Of a stretch of 64,000 nt of DNA, positions 61,021 to 64,000 are shown one piece after another. Source of the DNA: Heptranchias perlo. Taxonomy: Eukaryota. Position numbers and translations under genes: made by a program. The notes under the pieces are model-generated. The model ran no database searches, was not told the origin of the DNA, and was given only the letters and a program-made list of their open reading frames with translations. The stretch is from the NCBI RefSeq assembly GCF_035084215.1, contig NC_090325.1, positions 11,284,001 to 11,348,000 on the forward strand. The letters run 5' to 3'. Every line of letters begins with the position of its first letter. The first letter of the stretch is position 1.

Positions 61021-61918
61021 GCGTTGTCAAGGGTAAGCATGTAGGAGAACAGGTGGTACAGCAAGAGTTATGTGGGAAGGCCGGAAGAACATGGGAGGAG
61101 GAGTCACCAAAGAGCACAAAAAATGTGGAAGAAGCGGAGACTGGGCAGGGTAGTGTTAGCGGGGAGCAGCTCGATGCTGAAATACTGCGGTGTCAGAGCA
61201 GTGGGAAAACATTTCTTTGCATTTAAAAACACAACAAATGTTTTGCAGAGTACAATCCAATGGACTCTTGGGAATCAGTCTCCTAACCTCAGCCGAGTGA
61301 TGGCAAACACACCATCGTTCTAGAAAATTACACAAAACGTCTACATTCAGACCTAGCAAGTGTCACTTATTGGGAGTGACAGGAGTCATAGCCACCTATA
61401 TTGGTTTGACAATGCAATCTATTTTGACACATGTCTGTACCACCCTCACCAATGATAAATGTCACTCCTAACATTTGCTCCCTGTTGACAGGTGTGTCCA
61501 CTGATGTCAATGAAAGAAACCTGAGCTAAACAGACAAGTAACACCACCAAAAGGAAACACAAACTGACAGCAATAGCTGCAAAAACAAAGAATTTTATTC
61601 AAGCTAAATACAACGAATGATCACTTATTTGATTCCGTATAAATCCTGCCTATGTCGGCCACAGCACAGATTAATACCTCACTTATTTTGCCTTCAGAGC
61701 CCTGCATATAAACAAGATGGTATACGTTCCTGAGGAGACGGGGAACTCCACATTCACAAAGTGCTTTCATTCCAGGTCTCAACGGCATAAAACTCCTCCA
61801 GTGCCAAAAGAACGTGGCTACCGATGGCTGCCAACATGGCCACCATTTTGCTTTGGCCTGAGGTGCCTTGAGCTCTCTGTCCAACCATTGACACCAGTTC
61901 TTCGATCTTCATTGTCCT

Positions 61919-62039
61919 GGGGTAGATCTAGACTCTGTGCGATGATGTAAAACGGGGGAGAGCGAGTCTGCAGCCCCGTCTTACATCTCTCCCCATTTTT
62001 ATTTCCGTTGACCTCAGCCACAAAGTCATGATCTACCCC
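61919..62039. mobile_element. Short internally deleted MITE of the palindromic family
   Basis: TIRs GGGGTAGATCTAGACTCTGTG / CACAAAGTCATGATCTACCCC. Confidence 0.72.
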
Positions 62040-62869
62040 CCCTGGCCTCTAAAGATCTTCCCTTGACCCGGAAAGAGCTATGAACGGGGTGGACAGAGAG
62101 AGTATGGGCAGGGCCACAACATCATCATGGAAGGTCCATGGTCAGAAGGGTAAAATTACAAATGTGACTGTGGGGCAATTGCACGCGCACTGCAGTTACT
62201 GTGGTGTTGTTACTGGCAACCAAGGCCATTACAGAACCTCAATATAAATGGGCAACAGTCTCTACATATCCTGACCTTTGCTTTCGTTGACATATATACT
62301 TCCTGATCCTGAACACTGGCTGTTCTGTGTCCACTGGGGTGTTTGGCGAGCAGGAGTTGGATTTCCTCAGGGGCTGAACACTGCCATGTTACTTCTGTAA
62401 CAGTCCCACTATTACAGCAGGGATCATATTTATTCTGACATTTGTTGTCTTATTTCATTCTAACGTATCTGCTGGGCCTTCCATTTTTAAGAGGAAGGGC
62501 GAGGAATTCTGAGGAATTTGTTTTATTTTCTCCCTTCCCCCTGCCCCACCACCAATAATGGCACTGCATCTCAGTATCAAGCTACAAGAGTTAGGTTCGA
62601 TGGATTCCACACAGGGTAAAGCTCCAACGTCATGAAGGCACAGCGAGAACATTCAGGCCCCTGAAGGGAGTTCAGAGAAGAGCCACAGAGCTGTCCCCTA
62701 ATGTCAGAGGATTGAGTTATGAGAAAAGACTGGAGAAGCTTGGGCTTGAAAGAAGGTGTTGGACAGGTGACTTTATCATCAAGTATGTAACATAGTAAAC
62801 GGTGCAGAAAGGGCAGGTTTAAAAAATTATTTCAAATTGAATTATGAGAATATTACGACAAGGGGACAT

Positions 62870-63250
62870 AGAAAGAAAGAACTTGCATTTTTTTTGTGCC
62901 CTTCACGACCTCAGGATGTCCCAAAGCGCTTTTCAGCCAATGAAATACCAGTGTAGTTCTAATTCTCACATATTACAATGTAAGAAATGCGGCAGCCAAT
63001 TTGTGCATAGAAAGGCCTCACAAACACCAATGAGATAATGATCAGATAATCTGTTTCTTCTGAATCTTTTATGTCCACCTGAGGGGGCAGACAGGGCCTC
63101 TTTTTATTGTTTCATCCGAAAGACGGCACCTCCGACAGTGCAGCACTCCCTCAGTACTGCACTGGGAGCGTCAGCCTGGATTTTGTGCTCAAGTCTGTGG
63201 GGTGAGAATTGAACCCACGACTTTCTGACTCAGAGGTGAGAGTGCTACCG
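62870..63250 (-). mobile_element. DeuSINE-type SINE, preceded by a very old CR1 remnant at about 62655-62870
   Basis: Reversed tail, core and head. Confidence 0.85.
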
Positions 63251-63624
63251 ACATCCAGGAGAATAAAACACTATGTGTTAACAAAATATCATCCTTCTGT
63301 CCTTAAAAGCAGTACATCCTCCAATTATCCATAGAGCAATGACGCAGGGGAGATCTACTAGTTTTTAGTCAAAAACTGTAGAGTTTGCACAGCCCTCGGT
63401 AATTTAATCCATCGTCAAGACATCCTTAGTCAGGCTCCACTGTCCTCAACTGACAAACCAAGGGTACCTTTCAGTGAATCAGTTTCCATTATCTAAATGG
63501 CATGCAGTGAAACTCAGACGTCTTACACAGTCCAATACACATTCCCGCAAATCTGACAGCTGAATTCTTTTGTTAAAGGGGAAGTCATCGAATAGAGGCA
63601 ACAGCAAGAAAGTTGTGATAAATA

Positions 63625-63790
63625 TTGGGCCTCAGCTGGAGTATTGTGTCCAGTTCTGGGCACTACACTTTAGGAAGGATGTCAAGGTCTTGGAGAGGGT
63701 ACTAAGGAGATTTACTAGAATGGTATCAGGGAAGAGGGACTTCAGTTACTTGGAGAGAATCTGGGTGAAGGTAAAGGAGAGATTTAATAA
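63625..63790 (+). mobile_element. CR1 internal fragment
   Basis: PQLEYCVQFWALHFRKDVKVLERVLRRFTRMV. Confidence 0.88.
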
Positions 63791-63801
63791 GGTGAGCACC
63801 T

Positions 63802-64000
63802 AGCGGGACTCTCTGGGTGGGTATATTTCAGCGGGGGACTCTCTGGGTGGGTATATTTCAGCGAGGGACTCTCTGGGTGGGTATATTTCAGCGGGGGACT
63901 CTCTGGGTGGGTATATTTCAGTGGCGGACTCTGTGGGTGGGTATATTTCAGCGGGGGACTCTGTGGGTGGGTATATTTCAGCGAGGGACTCTCTGGGTGG
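63802..64000 (+). repeat. 30-bp G-rich minisatellite, at least 6.5 units, running off the window end
   Basis: Unit GCGGGGGACTCTCTGGGTGGGTATATTTCA. Confidence 0.97.

Noticed and set aside
61698-61950. Coding exon after the acceptor at 61697
   Set aside because: Peptide unrecognisable, no convincing donor, and the ORF runs into a MITE

Overview
Repeat-saturated vertebrate genomic DNA, most likely a cartilaginous fish (shark-type DeuSINE, CR1 and L2 families; inference). Most of the window is 5'-truncated, decayed retroelements: several CR1-clade LINE families, L2 3' ends and three tRNA-headed SINE families. It also holds hAT- and Harbinger-like MITEs and several minisatellites. No intact host protein-coding gene, tRNA/rRNA gene or CRISPR array can be supported. 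Every protein-like ORF is a LINE ORF2 fragment. A TE-poor island at about 41.3-42.7 kb looks like a promoter/first exon, followed by a small candidate exon at 43967-44010. The most notable unexplained structures are a long diverged inverted repeat of non-TE-looking sequence (53631-53857 vs 54725-54992), a perfect 21-bp fold-back hairpin inside an L2 tail, motif-loaded minisatellites and multi-level nested insertions. Element boundaries are read by eye and are approximate unless a TSD or TIR is quoted.
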